Assembly (NCBI GenBank): GCA_018671175.1 | Contig: JABHIE010000029.1 | Location: 86,929-150,928, forward strand | Length of the DNA stretch: 64,000 nucleotides | From: Planctomycetota bacterium | GTDB lineage: Bacteria > Planctomycetota > UBA1135 | Reading direction: 5' to 3' | Shown here: positions 46,001-55,972 of the stretch, piece by piece | Layout: every line of letters begins with the position of its first letter | How positions within the stretch are numbered: position 1 is the stretch's first letter | Notes under the pieces: generated by a model | What the model saw: the letters and a program-made list of their open reading frames with translations, nothing else | What the model was told of the DNA's origin: nothing | Database searches by the model: none | Position numbers and translations under genes: made by a program

Positions 46001-46738
46001 GGTGCAGTTAATCTTGACGCCGTACAAGAGCTCGAAGAGCGCCAAGAGCGCGAGCAGTTCTTGATTGGCGAGCGGGATGATTTGACGACCTCGCAGTTGA
46101 GCCTAGAAGAAACGATTGCTGATCTTGATACCAAGTGCCGCGATCGCTTCCTTGAGACCTACAACAAGGTCACTGGGCAGTTCGAACATATTTTCCGTCG
46201 CTTATTCCGAGGCGGTAAAGCCGAGCTTAAACTTACCGAGGGCGAAGACCCGCTTGATGCTGGTATTGAGATTTCGGTGCGCCCACCTGGCAAAGAATTG
46301 CGATCGATTAACCTGCTCTCGGGTGGCGAGCGCACCCTTACGGCGTTGGCTTTGCTCTTGGCTGTATTCCAGTCACGCCCAAGCCCGTTCTGCTTGCTTG
46401 ACGAGGTTGACGCCGCGCTCGACGACGCAAATGTTGAGCGTTTCCTTGATGTGCTTAATGACTTTAAAGGCACCACTCAATTCATGGTGGTTACGCACAA
46501 CCGTATCACGATGTCTCATTGCGAGCGTTTGTTTGGCGTGACCATGCGGAAGCGAGGCGTTTCCATGGTCGTGAGTGTTGATCTCGAAAAACTTCCTGAG
46601 GGAGGTTTTGAAAAGACTGACTTTGATGGCGCAACGCCTGTTGTGCGCAAGGTCATCGTGCAAAACAATCTCACCGACCCCGCCGCTCGTGGCGTGCGTG
46701 AGGCCGTGAAAGATCTTGAAATTGAGTCTGGCGCTTAA
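43076..46738 (+). CDS. smc: chromosome segregation protein SMC
   Basis: ORF 42983-46738. From the ATG at 43076: [18 protein letters not shown]...[13 protein letters not shown] (Walker A), long coiled coils, hinge, [26 protein letters not shown]. Confidence 0.95.
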   Translation: MYLKRIELEGFKSFADRTVIPVDRGLTGVVGPNGCGKSNVVDALMWVMGERSSKALRADAMEDVIFKGAEGRSAAPYAMVEIILGDEEGKVAEPGGEVSVGRRLFATGEAEFLLNGRKVRRKDVKDLLMDTGLGVRGYMVLAQGKIDAVLAANPAERRSVFEEAAGISKYKARKHEARLKLNRVELDLSRVEDVLEEVSRSVRSLKIQAGKARRFLEFRDRYRELRVRTALLETGELAASERELRGQTTELDQRIESLRTDRESAAARLAELEKEEATLRERYESLRGESSSLRAEVAGLEERVHGLETRASESESRLERDRNRLASMISDRGRREESVEGVREEVAALSERRDQADAGLKEAEEAFALAREVRRALMSDLEQLRKSVLEALGERTSHNNLMAEAARARSEAEGAMRALDRRRQHLSEEHTPLQLEAKQKETALADAEIAKGAAQHAHDQAVASVERLSAEAQGFTDAARMARQTAASFKARFDALASVDDEGHGTPDKVRKLLESGAEGFAGLLLDGVRVPAPWDRLVENLLGRLQHGLWADGRQRRQDLGDGVYDLFFPVEGATPATIDPPAGATALRTYLTGDDSRCDALAARLGEIWCVEHGTRAAALCAEHPLALFLSADGEIHGRGWARVGLLAEEATGVLARRNALEQAGRENESAAAELERVAALEAEASLALRDSQMHRSGTDKTLREAVSTFEQTSAQAQGVRQRAARAAEETAALDSEAERFRLALDEAVAEEARHTAARDAAEALRLERSERLEGYGGKQAVCETAYESSSQTFQEARGEHARVMQATAHAEERIADFRQETERFSTERLGLETEIGELVARAESLRAEAATAREQRSAFLDRRGGLDERCGEAEAQWTRASDAVQEERRSRSGEEGVIEALMGDRQEKALGMQRAQMRREELVRGVIDEFHQPVEELARTLEINPASPLIDGLEPEAMSNELSELRIKLDRIGAVNLDAVQELEERQEREQFLIGERDDLTTSQLSLEETIADLDTKCRDRFLETYNKVTGQFEHIFRRLFRGGKAELKLTEGEDPLDAGIEISVRPPGKELRSINLLSGGERTLTALALLLAVFQSRPSPFCLLDEVDAALDDANVERFLDVLNDFKGTTQFMVVTHNRITMSHCERLFGVTMRKRGVSMVVSVDLEKLPEGGFEKTDFDGATPVVRKVIVQNNLTDPAARGVREAVKDLEIESGA

Positions 46739-47958
46739 TGCCTACCCCAAATAAAAATAAAGTTTCATTCGCGCAGCTGGGCCTGTCTAGCCAGCTACTC
46801 GATGCCGTTTCTGAGCAGGGGTATGAACCCCCAACGCCGATTCAAGCCGATGCTATCCCGGAAGTGATTCGGGGGCGCGACTTGCTGGCGGGTGCTCAAA
46901 CGGGCACAGGAAAGACGGCTGGTTTTGTGTTGCCCATTTTGCAGCGCTTGCAAGACAACCCTACAGAGGGCCGTCGTCGAGTGATTCGCACTTTGATTTT
47001 GGTGCCGACTCGTGAGCTTGCGGCTCAAGTCAATGACAGCGTCAAAATTTACGGTCGCTTCCTGAAGTTGCATTCGATGGTCATTTTTGGCGGGGTTAAT
47101 ATCAACCCGCAAACTACGCGGTTGCGCTCAGGTGTAGATATTGTGGTCGCAACTCCTGGGCGTTTGCTTGATCATATTTATCAAAAGAATATTCGGCTTG
47201 ACCAAGTTGATACTTTGGTCTTAGACGAGGCAGACCGCATGCTTGATATGGGTTTCATTCGTGATATCCGTAAGATTTTGCAAGCGTTGCCGACGGCTCG
47301 TCAGAATTTACTTTTTTCAGCGACCTTCTCAAAAGAGATTCGGCGACTGGCGGGCGAGTTTTTAGATGACCCCGTTGAAGTTCAAGTGGCCAAGCGTAAT
47401 GCAACGGCGGCTAAGGTTTCGCAGCTCGTCCACCCCATTGATAAAAAGAAGAAACGCGCTTTGCTATCCCATTTGATTCGCGAAGGCGATTGGCGGCAGG
47501 TGCTTGTTTTTACTCGCACGAAACATGGTGCAAATCGTTTGGCGAAACAACTCGATCAAGACGGAATTACTGCGACTGCGATTCACGGAAACAAGTCGCA
47601 AGCGGCTCGCATGCGCGCTTTGGCTGAGTTTAAGCAGAATCGTGTGCGTGTTTTGGTGGCGACCGATATTGCTGCGCGAGGGCTTGATATCGAGCAGTTG
47701 CCGCATGTCGTGAATTACGAGCTCCCGCAAGTTCCCGAAGATTATGTGCACCGTATTGGGCGCACGGGTCGCGCAGGCAAGACAGGCCATGCTGTGTCTT
47801 TGGTGTGCATTGACGAAATCAAGCTGCTGCGCGATATCGAAAAAATGCTTAAGCGAAAGGTTGAGCAAAAAGTGATTGCAGGTTTTGAGGTTGACCCAAA
47901 TGTTAAGCCAGAGCCCATTCAAAAACGCGTAGCAAATCGGCGTCCTCGGCGGCGCTAG
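46738..47958 (+). CDS. rhlE: DEAD-box ATP-dependent RNA helicase
   Basis: Q motif, [12 protein letters not shown] (LVLDEADRM), [18 protein letters not shown] 1-nt overlap with smc. Confidence 0.9.
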   Translation: MPTPNKNKVSFAQLGLSSQLLDAVSEQGYEPPTPIQADAIPEVIRGRDLLAGAQTGTGKTAGFVLPILQRLQDNPTEGRRRVIRTLILVPTRELAAQVNDSVKIYGRFLKLHSMVIFGGVNINPQTTRLRSGVDIVVATPGRLLDHIYQKNIRLDQVDTLVLDEADRMLDMGFIRDIRKILQALPTARQNLLFSATFSKEIRRLAGEFLDDPVEVQVAKRNATAAKVSQLVHPIDKKKKRALLSHLIREGDWRQVLVFTRTKHGANRLAKQLDQDGITATAIHGNKSQAARMRALAEFKQNRVRVLVATDIAARGLDIEQLPHVVNYELPQVPEDYVHRIGRTGRAGKTGHAVSLVCIDEIKLLRDIEKMLKRKVEQKVIAGFEVDPNVKPEPIQKRVANRRPRRR

Positions 47959-47963
47959 GGGCG

Positions 47964-48809
47964 ATGGGCGAAAAACGGCAAGTCAAGAAAGAGAGTCCGC
48001 TTTTTCTTTTTTTGACAACATCCTTTAGCACCTGGTCGAAAAACAAACTTCGCGACCGCTTGCGTTCTGGTTGCGTTTTTGTCAATGGAGTGCAAGTCTC
48101 AAAATACGATTTGCCTTTGCACACTGGCGATGCCGTCGAAATTCAAGCTCAGCCAAAAGTGCAGCGGGTGTCGCGCGGGCAGCTTGAGATCCTTTTCCAA
48201 GATGATGCGCTTGTTGCTATCCATAAGCCACATGGTTTGCTTTCAGTCGCTTCGGCAAATGAACCGCGCCAACACGCGCTTGCACTTTTGCGTAGGCAGT
48301 TGAGCCAGGGCCGCAGTCGGGTCAGTCTTTGGCCCGTACATCGTTTAGACCGTGAGACTTCTGGTGTCTTGCTCTTCGCAAAATCGAGAGGGGTTGTTGA
48401 TGCCATTCAAAAGCAGTGGTCCGAGGCGAAAAAAACTTACCTTGCCGTGGTCGAGGGGCATCCGCGACCTGCTGCTGGATCGATTGATCAACCTTTACGC
48501 ATGGACGCTCGTGGCTTTCGCGCGCATGCGGGGCGACACCCTGAAGCCGTGAGAGCGCTGACTCATTTTCGCACAATTGCGACTGTCGGCGAAAATGCTC
48601 GCCTTGAGATTGACATTGAAACAGGGCGACAACATCAGATTCGCGCGCACTTGGGCTGGCTGGGGCACCCTGTTTTAGGTGACGCTCGTTATGGGGCTTC
48701 GGTGCGTGTTGTGCGCCGATTGGCGCTTCATGCTTGGCGTTTAGAAATACCCGAAACAGATGCAAGCAAAGCGATGCTTTTCGTTGCAGAGCCACCGCCT
48801 GACCTATAG
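47964..48809 (+). CDS. RluA-family pseudouridine synthase with S4-like N-terminal domain
   Basis: HRLDRETSGVLLFAKS catalytic-Asp motif and ...TGRQHQIRAHL. Confidence 0.85.
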   Translation: MGEKRQVKKESPLFLFLTTSFSTWSKNKLRDRLRSGCVFVNGVQVSKYDLPLHTGDAVEIQAQPKVQRVSRGQLEILFQDDALVAIHKPHGLLSVASANEPRQHALALLRRQLSQGRSRVSLWPVHRLDRETSGVLLFAKSRGVVDAIQKQWSEAKKTYLAVVEGHPRPAAGSIDQPLRMDARGFRAHAGRHPEAVRALTHFRTIATVGENARLEIDIETGRQHQIRAHLGWLGHPVLGDARYGASVRVVRRLALHAWRLEIPETDASKAMLFVAEPPPDL

Positions 48810-48814
48810 GCTGT

Positions 48815-49408
48815 GTGGTCATGGTAGCCCATCCAGACCTTTTTCTACGCTCCGATTCTCAGTGCGAACTTTGTAGCAACACTGACGGGTTGACGTCGCT
48901 TTTAGTCGCACCAAAAAAGGCAGAGGCCCCAGACAACTGTATTTTGATTTGTGCTATTTGCTCCGCAAATTTCGCAGCGCCAGCAGCAGATAACGCAAAT
49001 CACTGGCGCTGCCTTAATGAGAGTGTGTGGTCTCATGTGCCTGCTGTACAGGTCGTTGCATGGCGCCTTTTGCATCAACTTGCGGCGAGCGAAGATTGGC
49101 CTCAAGCCTTGCTTGATATGCTTGACCTTGACGATGCGACTTTAGCGTGGGCGGCTGAGGGGGCATTCAGCGATGTTTCGCGCGATGCGGCGCCCCAAGC
49201 CCATAAAGATGCAAATGGTGTTGCCCTTAATGTCGGTGATAGTGTCACGCTCATCAAAGACCTCAATGTCAAAGGTGGTGGGTTTACAGCAAAGCGCGGG
49301 ACGGCCGTCCGCAATATCCGACTTGTCATCGATCAGCCCGGACAAATCGAAGGTCGAATTAATGGCCAGCAGATTGTGATTTTGACTCAATTTGTTAAAA
49401 AGACATAA
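48815..49408 (+). CDS. PhnA/YjdM-domain protein
   Basis: N-terminal Cys pairs (CELC...CAIC). C-terminal DANGVALNVGDSVTLIKDLNVKGGGFTAKRGTAVRNIRL...GQQIVILTQFVKK is the PhnA C-terminal domain pattern. Confidence 0.75.
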   Translation: MVMVAHPDLFLRSDSQCELCSNTDGLTSLLVAPKKAEAPDNCILICAICSANFAAPAADNANHWRCLNESVWSHVPAVQVVAWRLLHQLAASEDWPQALLDMLDLDDATLAWAAEGAFSDVSRDAAPQAHKDANGVALNVGDSVTLIKDLNVKGGGFTAKRGTAVRNIRLVIDQPGQIEGRINGQQIVILTQFVKKT

Positions 49409-49459
49409 AAAGTAAGAAAAAGCCGACATCGTGTAAGAAAAATATTACATAATGGTGGC

Positions 49460-50053
49460 GTGCAGAATACTGCAACCGCTTCCTTTCCCTGGGTGCTTTT
49501 TGTGCTTGGGCTCGGCCTTCTTGCTTTCATTTACGGGGCTATCTCGTATTGGCGCTCAATGCGTGCCCGTCAAGTGTGTCTATCTCCAGAAGACAAACAA
49601 GAGTGGGCTGGCATGCCACTCACCGCAGCGCAGCGCATCGCTTGGCTTGGGCTAACTCTTGGTCTCCTCGAAATCGCTGGGCTTACTGCATGGGTGATTT
49701 CAATGGGCGGTGCGACGGTCTATTGGGATGACGACTCCTTCCGGCTTTCCGTGTCGGGTGTTTTCGTTTTTTGCCTTGTGTCTCAAGCGATTCTGATGAG
49801 TCTCGCAGTGAGCAAAGCAGATGAACGAGGCAAGCAGTCTTTGCGTGGCGCACCTCAAACCCAGGTCGTTGCACTCATGTTGACCTTCGTGGCCACTCAT
49901 ATATACCTCGGTCAGGCATTCCATGATGCTGGTGCTGTACCGATGGTTTACAACTACTTTAGTTTTGGTTACTTCTTTATGGTCTATATGACGAGTTGGT
50001 TTATGGGAGTTCTCGTGAGCGATCGAGTCTGTAACAGTCATGGCCAAGGCTGA
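49460..50053 (+). CDS. hypothetical membrane protein (partner of small XRE regulator)
   Basis: 197-aa ORF with 4-5 hydrophobic helices. Overlaps the following HTH gene by 14 nt. Confidence 0.6.
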   Translation: MQNTATASFPWVLFVLGLGLLAFIYGAISYWRSMRARQVCLSPEDKQEWAGMPLTAAQRIAWLGLTLGLLEIAGLTAWVISMGGATVYWDDDSFRLSVSGVFVFCLVSQAILMSLAVSKADERGKQSLRGAPQTQVVALMLTFVATHIYLGQAFHDAGAVPMVYNYFSFGYFFMVYMTSWFMGVLVSDRVCNSHGQG

Positions 50054-50255
50054 AATCCAAAACGAAATCCGGCGCCTGCGCTTTGAGCGTGGCGAAATGA
50101 CTCAAGCCGCTCTTGCTAAAGCCGTGGGCTGCACCCGACAGACAATCGTTTTGCTTGAGCAGGGTCGCTATGCGCCATCATTGGCGTTGGCTTTTCGAAT
50201 CGCTATTCACTTCGACAAAAAAGTCGATGAAGTGTTTGCGCTACTTGATGCTTAA
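50040..50255 (+). CDS. XRE-family helix-turn-helix transcriptional regulator (~70 aa)
   Basis: ...MTQAALAKAVGCTRQTIVLLEQGRYAPSLALAFRIAIHF... is a classic Cro/C1 HTH. Confidence 0.85.
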   Translation: MAKAEIQNEIRRLRFERGEMTQAALAKAVGCTRQTIVLLEQGRYAPSLALAFRIAIHFDKKVDEVFALLDA

Positions 50256-51221
50256 CTAGCGATTGCGGCTCTTTGCCAGCCTTTCCAGCTCAGGCAGTGC
50301 GCTAAGAATCAAACGACCGACACGCCCGAGTGATTCTGCGCTGACATGTGTCATGTCGTCATCGCGCGTGTGCCACCAGCGGTGCCCAGGCCCGTATTGG
50401 AAGTCAATCAAATTGATGCAAGGCACTTTGGCACGGCGGAAATGAATATGGTCATCTTTGATTTCGCGTCGCCCAACAAAGAGCCGAGGGTCGCCGAGTT
50501 TGTGTGCCGTGCGCTCCATTAAGGCGACCAACCATTTGGCCGAGGTCGATTCAAGGTAGAGGTTCAAATCGATGTCGCCAACCATGTCAAGCAAGACAAA
50601 GGCTTTGATGTCACGAATGCCACCCGTTTTTTTCAACATCTCAACAGCGTGCCGACTACCAAAGGTGGAGTTTGTGAAGTCGTCCCACAGATTAGGGGGG
50701 AAGCGCTCTTCGCCGTCAAAAAAGGCCAGTACAAGGGTGTGCCCTTCGCGCGGGCCAGCACCACCAAGTTGCCGCGCTAGTTCAACAAGGACGGCCGTGG
50801 ATGAGCCAGAATCATTTGCGCCAACAAAGCCCGGCAAATCGTAAGTATCGTAATGCCCAGCGAGCCAAATCTCGCCCGGTAAAGTGCCCTTGCGTTTGGC
50901 AAAAACATTTGCGCCTTGGGCGACCTTTTTGCGCCGAGCACCAATAGGTGGCGTCGCTTCAAAAGAATCGGTTGTAACTTCCCATCCGTGTGGCTCGAGT
51001 TGAGCTTTTAGCCAATCGCGCGTTAGCTGCGCGCCCTTTGTGCCAATGCGTCTTGGGCCAATTTCTTCGCAAAGATACGCCAGGTCTTGAAAGGCGCGCG
51101 CCTCTTGGAAGGCGGAGGCTAAAGGAGCCGTTGATGATGATTTATTGTCGTCGGATTGCGGCTGGCTACAAGCGCATAGGGTGACAATGAAGAAGAGACT
51201 GACTAGAAGCAAACGATGCAT
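50256..51221 (-). CDS. M28-family metallopeptidase (aminopeptidase / glutaminyl-cyclase-like) lipoprotein
   Basis: Lipobox LCACS. Metal ligand blocks HYDT, GANDSGSSTAVLVELAR, FFDGEE, LLDMVG, WWHTRDD. Confidence 0.8.
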   Translation of the reverse strand: MHRLLLVSLFFIVTLCACSQPQSDDNKSSSTAPLASAFQEARAFQDLAYLCEEIGPRRIGTKGAQLTRDWLKAQLEPHGWEVTTDSFEATPPIGARRKKVAQGANVFAKRKGTLPGEIWLAGHYDTYDLPGFVGANDSGSSTAVLVELARQLGGAGPREGHTLVLAFFDGEERFPPNLWDDFTNSTFGSRHAVEMLKKTGGIRDIKAFVLLDMVGDIDLNLYLESTSAKWLVALMERTAHKLGDPRLFVGRREIKDDHIHFRRAKVPCINLIDFQYGPGHRWWHTRDDDMTHVSAESLGRVGRLILSALPELERLAKSRNR

Positions 51222-53176
51222 TATGAATTGCGGCTGGCGCGGCCGGTGCGGAAGAGAAGGAGGAGAACCAAGCCGTATGCCAGCAAAGTGTAGAGGTCGA
51301 TACTCGCTGGAGCATCAAACAAGGGCTCGTTTTTTAATGCTGACCAGCCCCATGCATTTGCGCCGTAAGACGAGAACCAGAGTGCTCCAATCCAGGCCAA
51401 GCCTGTGAGCGCCTCGCCAGCAATCAGGCCAGAAGCCATTAATACACCTTGCTCGGCGTTGCGCGACCCAAAGAATTTATCAGCCAGCCAGCGCAAGAAA
51501 CCACCTGCGAAAACCCCAGCACTTAGCCCAAATGGCAAATAGAGGCCCACGGCGAAGGGTAAGCTCGGTGCGCCCAACAGCTCGACAACGAGTGCGAGTG
51601 CCATCCCCATCATGAGGAGGCCCCAGGGGAGGTTGCCTTGAAATACACCTTCGACGAGGGTTTTCATGACATTGGCTTGTGGGGCAAGGAACTCTGGATT
51701 GGCTGCTGCGGCGACACCTGGGTCAGCGCCTACGAGATTAAGCACGCTTCCGCTTTCGCCGGGCAGCGTCAAAATAAACGGGATGATGGCCGCAAGGACG
51801 ATAGCCGTCATAACCGTGCCGATAAGCTCGCCGATTTGTTGTCGCCTAGGCGTAGCACCAAGGAGATAACCTGTTTTGAGGTCTTGGCTGGTGTCGCCCG
51901 CCATGCAAGCGGCGATGCAAACGACCGCGCCAACCGTGATGGTTTGGACCATGCCTGCCATCCCTGCGGCGCCGTGTGCTGACAAAATGAGAGCGGTACC
52001 GAGCAGGCTGGTGATGGTCATGCCTGAAACGGGGTTGGATGAGCCGCCGACTAAGCCAACGATTTGGCTGCTGACGGCCACGAAAATACCGGAAAACAAA
52101 ACCACTGCTGCTGCTGCCCATCCGGATTCGACAATGCCTGTCGCCCAAAGGCCACCTGCGCAAACTAACCCGATGCCGATAGAGGCTTTCCAGGGCAAGT
52201 CAGTGTCTGTGCGGGGTGTGAGCGGCTTGGAAACAGTTGTTGTGTCACTTGATGACTGTGCTTTGCGTGCAACACCTGCTTTGAGTGAAACAGCAAATCG
52301 CCAAAGGGTTTTGAAGAGTGAAATTAAACCGCCAAAAGTGACTGCGCCCGCACCGATAAAGCGGATGTACTTGTCCCAGAGTGCATCGGGGTCAAGCTCA
52401 CTCAGAGGTGTGCTCGCTGGGGGCAGGATGCCTGATAGATGATCGCCGCTATAACCCAAAAGTGGAATGATGACTAACCAACCCACGGCAGCACCTGCCA
52501 ACATCATCGAGGCCACTCGAATACCCAAAATGTATCCAACGCCCGCGAGGGACGGGTAAGCATCAATGCTCAATGCGGTGCGAAACCCAGAGCCAATCAC
52601 AAAAGGAGCGTGAAGACTGCTTTTGATGAAGCCAAGCACCTTAAAGCCCGCCGCATAAAGAACACCGATTCCTAGACCGAGGAAAACTTTTGTAGCAGCG
52701 TCTCCGCCTGACTCACCGGCTTTGAGAACTTCAGCACAGGCTGTGCCTTCTGGGTAGGGGAGGTTTTCATGCTCTTGAACAATCAAAAACTTGCGCAACG
52801 GAATCATGAAAAGCACGCCAAGGGTGCCGCCCAAGACGGTGGTCAATAAGACATCCGTGAAGCTGGGCGCGTGCCCCCAGAGGTAAAGCGCGGGCAAAGT
52901 GAAAATAATTCCGGCGGCGAGAGATTCACCTGCAGAACCCACCGTTTGCGACATGTTGTTTTCGAGGATGGTGCCGGTGCGCATGGCGCGGAAGACGGCC
53001 ATCGAGACCACGGCAACGGGGATACTTGCGGAAACGGTCAATCCGACCTTTAAACCCACATATGCGTTAGCTGCCGCAAAAAGCGAACCAAGGACGAGAC
53101 CGAGGAAAACAGCCTTGAACGAGAGCTCGGCGGGGGAATCGTCGGGTGAAATGTGGGGGCGGAACGGTTTTGTCAT
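51221..53176 (-). CDS. OPT-family oligopeptide transporter
   Basis: ORF 51221-53215, ATG 53176 preferred. ~650 aa, more than 14 hydrophobic helices. The N-terminal ELSFKAVFLGLVLGSLFAAANAYVGLKVGLTVSASIP is characteristic of bacterial OPT proteins. Confidence 0.8.
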   Translation of the reverse strand: MTKPFRPHISPDDSPAELSFKAVFLGLVLGSLFAAANAYVGLKVGLTVSASIPVAVVSMAVFRAMRTGTILENNMSQTVGSAGESLAAGIIFTLPALYLWGHAPSFTDVLLTTVLGGTLGVLFMIPLRKFLIVQEHENLPYPEGTACAEVLKAGESGGDAATKVFLGLGIGVLYAAGFKVLGFIKSSLHAPFVIGSGFRTALSIDAYPSLAGVGYILGIRVASMMLAGAAVGWLVIIPLLGYSGDHLSGILPPASTPLSELDPDALWDKYIRFIGAGAVTFGGLISLFKTLWRFAVSLKAGVARKAQSSSDTTTVSKPLTPRTDTDLPWKASIGIGLVCAGGLWATGIVESGWAAAAVVLFSGIFVAVSSQIVGLVGGSSNPVSGMTITSLLGTALILSAHGAAGMAGMVQTITVGAVVCIAACMAGDTSQDLKTGYLLGATPRRQQIGELIGTVMTAIVLAAIIPFILTLPGESGSVLNLVGADPGVAAAANPEFLAPQANVMKTLVEGVFQGNLPWGLLMMGMALALVVELLGAPSLPFAVGLYLPFGLSAGVFAGGFLRWLADKFFGSRNAEQGVLMASGLIAGEALTGLAWIGALWFSSYGANAWGWSALKNEPLFDAPASIDLYTLLAYGLVLLLLFRTGRASRNS

Positions 53177-53244
53177 GCGTGCACAGGGTCGAGCTGCGAA
53201 AAGTGCTCTAGGCATTGTGCCGTGGCGTGTTGTAGGATTCTTCC

Positions 53245-53946
53245 GTGAAACTGTCCGTCGTCATCCCGGTCTTCAACGAGCAAGAAACCCTCCTCGAAAT
53301 TTTGGGGCGTGTCCGCGCTACACCTTTTGAAAAGGAAATCATCTTGATTGATGATTGCTCTGTTGACAACACGCGTGAAATTCTCAAAACCCTCGAAGGC
53401 GATGAAGATCTCACTATCTTGTACCACGATGTTAATCAGGGCAAGGGCGCGGCATTACGCACGGGCTTCCAAGCCGCCACGGGCGATGTAGTTTTGATTC
53501 AAGATGCTGACCTTGAGTATGACCCAGCAGAGTATTCCATCTTGCTTGAGCCGATTGAACGCGGCCTCGCTGATGTTGTTTTTGGGTCGCGCTTTAAAGG
53601 CTCCCGCATGACACGCGTGCATTTGTATTGGCACCAAATGGCCAATAACTTTTTGACTTTGATTTCTAATATGTTCACAAACCTAAACCTTACCGATATG
53701 GAGACTTGCTACAAAGTCTTCAAACGCGAGGTCTTGGCTGGTATTGAAATTAAATCAAACCGATTTGGTTTTGAGCCTGAAATCACGGCTAAAGTGGCTC
53801 GCAAGCGACTTAACGGTAAGCGAGTCCGTATTTATGAAGTGCCGATTAGTTACTACGGTCGTGATTATGCTGACGGTAAAAAAATCGGATGGCGAGATGG
53901 TGTGGCCGCACTCTGGCACATCGTACATTTCAATCTCTTTGTTTAG
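53245..53946 (+). CDS. family 2 glycosyltransferase (polyprenyl-phosphate sugar synthase-like)
   Basis: GTG start. [27 protein letters not shown] (DxD), ...GSRF... 233 aa, soluble DPM1/GtrB-like layout. Confidence 0.85.
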   Translation: MKLSVVIPVFNEQETLLEILGRVRATPFEKEIILIDDCSVDNTREILKTLEGDEDLTILYHDVNQGKGAALRTGFQAATGDVVLIQDADLEYDPAEYSILLEPIERGLADVVFGSRFKGSRMTRVHLYWHQMANNFLTLISNMFTNLNLTDMETCYKVFKREVLAGIEIKSNRFGFEPEITAKVARKRLNGKRVRIYEVPISYYGRDYADGKKIGWRDGVAALWHIVHFNLFV

Positions 53947-53955
53947 GCGGTTGAT

Positions 53956-54954
53956 TTGCCGAGAGCTTTCCGCGCGGCATTTACATTAGTCGTTTTTATT
54001 ACGGCTTTCTGGACGACATCGGCCATCGTGCGCGCGTTCGTTCCCGAGCAAATGAAGTTTGCTTGGTTGCTCGAAATCGAAGACGACATGGAAGTCATTT
54101 TTGTTGGCTCTAGCCATGTGCTGAGGCAAATGGACCCTGCCGTTTTGCATCATGAATTGTCAAAAGCTGGGCTTGATTACGACGCCTTTAATTTGGGCTA
54201 CCCAGGTGCGCATTTTGCCGAAACTACTTATTGGGCGGATCGCATCTTAGACCGCAAGGTGCCGAATCTGAAGGTGTTGGTTCTTGAAGCCGCTACTTTA
54301 GAGGGGGGGATGAACCCTGAAAACGATTTGTCAAGGCGACAAATTGAGTGGCACGATGAGCGGCGGATGGCATCCGTATTGCGCGTCTCTGCCGATTTTG
54401 ATTCTTTTGGGCGGCATTTTGCACATTATTTTCATCGACTAGGCAATTTAGATCGAGGGCCGGCTGCATTTGAGGCTTTGTTCTTTGGTGCATCTCGCGA
54501 TTTTGAGGGTAAGGCGGGTTTGGGCGTCAATCAAACTGGCTTCCGACCTTTTGTTGGCAACGGACAATCCAAATCAGAAAAGCGTCGGCATAAAGAATTT
54601 CTGGCCGATGCTGATCCATTTGAGGGTAAACGCCGCAGTGTCGTTGATGCGCCGTGGGATATCCCTGCTCACTTAGCACTAGAATCTGAAGTTGCTCGAC
54701 TGGAAGCCAAGGCCGAAGCCAATGGTGTACAGATTATTTGGTTGATTCACCCTGGCATGACTCCAGCCGAGGGCTGGAAAGATTTGGCTCGGCGTGAGGT
54801 GGCTTCGCGAGTGGTCGATTTCAGCGACTCAACTTTATCTTCCAGGTGGTATCAGCAAAATTTGCGGTTTGATTTTGACCATTTGAATGCAGTCGGCGCG
54901 AGCGAAATGACGCAGGAACTTGCCGGGGCCGTATTGCAACTTCCAACTTTATAG
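53956..54954 (+). CDS. membrane-anchored SGNH/DltD-like protein (putative O-acyltransferase partner of MBOAT)
   Basis: TTG start 10 nt after the GT2 stop. N-terminal TM; block-I-like VIFVGSSHV and block-V-like FDFDHLNAVGA. Paralog of 55026-55972. Confidence 0.55.
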   Translation: MPRAFRAAFTLVVFITAFWTTSAIVRAFVPEQMKFAWLLEIEDDMEVIFVGSSHVLRQMDPAVLHHELSKAGLDYDAFNLGYPGAHFAETTYWADRILDRKVPNLKVLVLEAATLEGGMNPENDLSRRQIEWHDERRMASVLRVSADFDSFGRHFAHYFHRLGNLDRGPAAFEALFFGASRDFEGKAGLGVNQTGFRPFVGNGQSKSEKRRHKEFLADADPFEGKRRSVVDAPWDIPAHLALESEVARLEAKAEANGVQIIWLIHPGMTPAEGWKDLARREVASRVVDFSDSTLSSRWYQQNLRFDFDHLNAVGASEMTQELAGAVLQLPTL

Positions 54955-55025
54955 TGAGCCGTCGGGGGTTTTTCTCCGCCTTGCCCGTCGGTTTGGCAGA
55001 GGTAGAATTTATATAGATTTGCGTC

Positions 55026-55972
55026 ATGAAAGTTCGCCTCTTTTCGCTCCTTGCTTTCTTCCTTGCTTTTGGCTTGGTGGCTACAGTCGTGCGTAGCATT
55101 CTCCCCGAAAGTGGTAAATATGCATGGTATTTACGGCAAGGCCAGTCTTCAGTAGAAAGCGACAAGGTGGTTTTTATTGGCTCAAGTCACATTTATCGAC
55201 AGCTTGACCCGGACCAATTTGAAAAAGAAATTGCGTCTCTTGGGGGTGAATTACAGGCTTTTAATCTTGGTTTGCGTGGTGCACATTTATCCGAAACGAC
55301 ATTGCAAAGCGCCAGGTCGATTGGCACGACTTGACTCGTAGCTTAGATTGTGGCTTTGCTTTGTGGCAGCATTGGCTGCGCCGCCCTTCGCCTGCTTTTC
55401 TGCTCAAGCAGGTCATTGATGCCGTGCGGCATACGCGTTTTTTTGCGAAACGATTCACGAATGCGGGGGCCGCTAGTGATTTCTTGGCAATGCTCGGGCG
55501 TAGCACTCAAATGCCGATTGCCGGGCATCAGGAAATCGTCGGTCATCAAGGTCGTGGGTTTTCCCCCTTGCAGGGCCGCTCATTTGATGAGCAAGCACTC
55601 AGTCGATTTGCATCGCTCCAGACAAAACGCCGCAAATCTGAAATGCTGGCAACGGCCATGCCAGCATCAGCGAAATCACCGTCTGCGCCGATTGAGCTTG
55701 AGCGAGTCGTGGCTCGACTCGAGGCATCTGCGGCACAAAAAGGAGTATCCATTTTATGGTTCATTCATGCAGGCGCCGGTGAGAGTGATTGGCACTCTCT
55801 TCAGCAGCAAGGTGTAATTCAGCACCTTATCGATTTCTCTGATCCCACACTTTCCTCCGAGTGGTATGGCGAAGAATTCCGCTATGATTATGGGCACTTG
55901 AACTGGGAAGGTGCAAAGAAGATGACATCCATCGTGGCACGCAAAATTCATTCTCTCGATTCTTCTAACTGA
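55026..55972 (+). pseudogene. disrupted paralog of the SGNH/DltD-like gene (internal deletion plus frameshift)
   Basis: ORF 55026-55334 aligns with the N-terminus of the upstream gene (VVFIGSSHIYRQLDP...AFNLGLRGAHLSETT). Homology resumes in another frame at about 55307 (KRQVDWHD... vs RRQIEWHDE...) and runs through ORF 55331-55972 (...YDYGHLNWEGAKKM). About 35 codons (YWADRIL...PENDLS) are missing. Confidence 0.55.

Noticed and set aside
55329-55346. TGA at 55332-55334 as a possible selenocysteine codon, given selB in the window
   Set aside because: Reading through in the same frame hits TAG four codons later, and homology continues in a different frame. A deletion with frameshift explains the split better than recoding.
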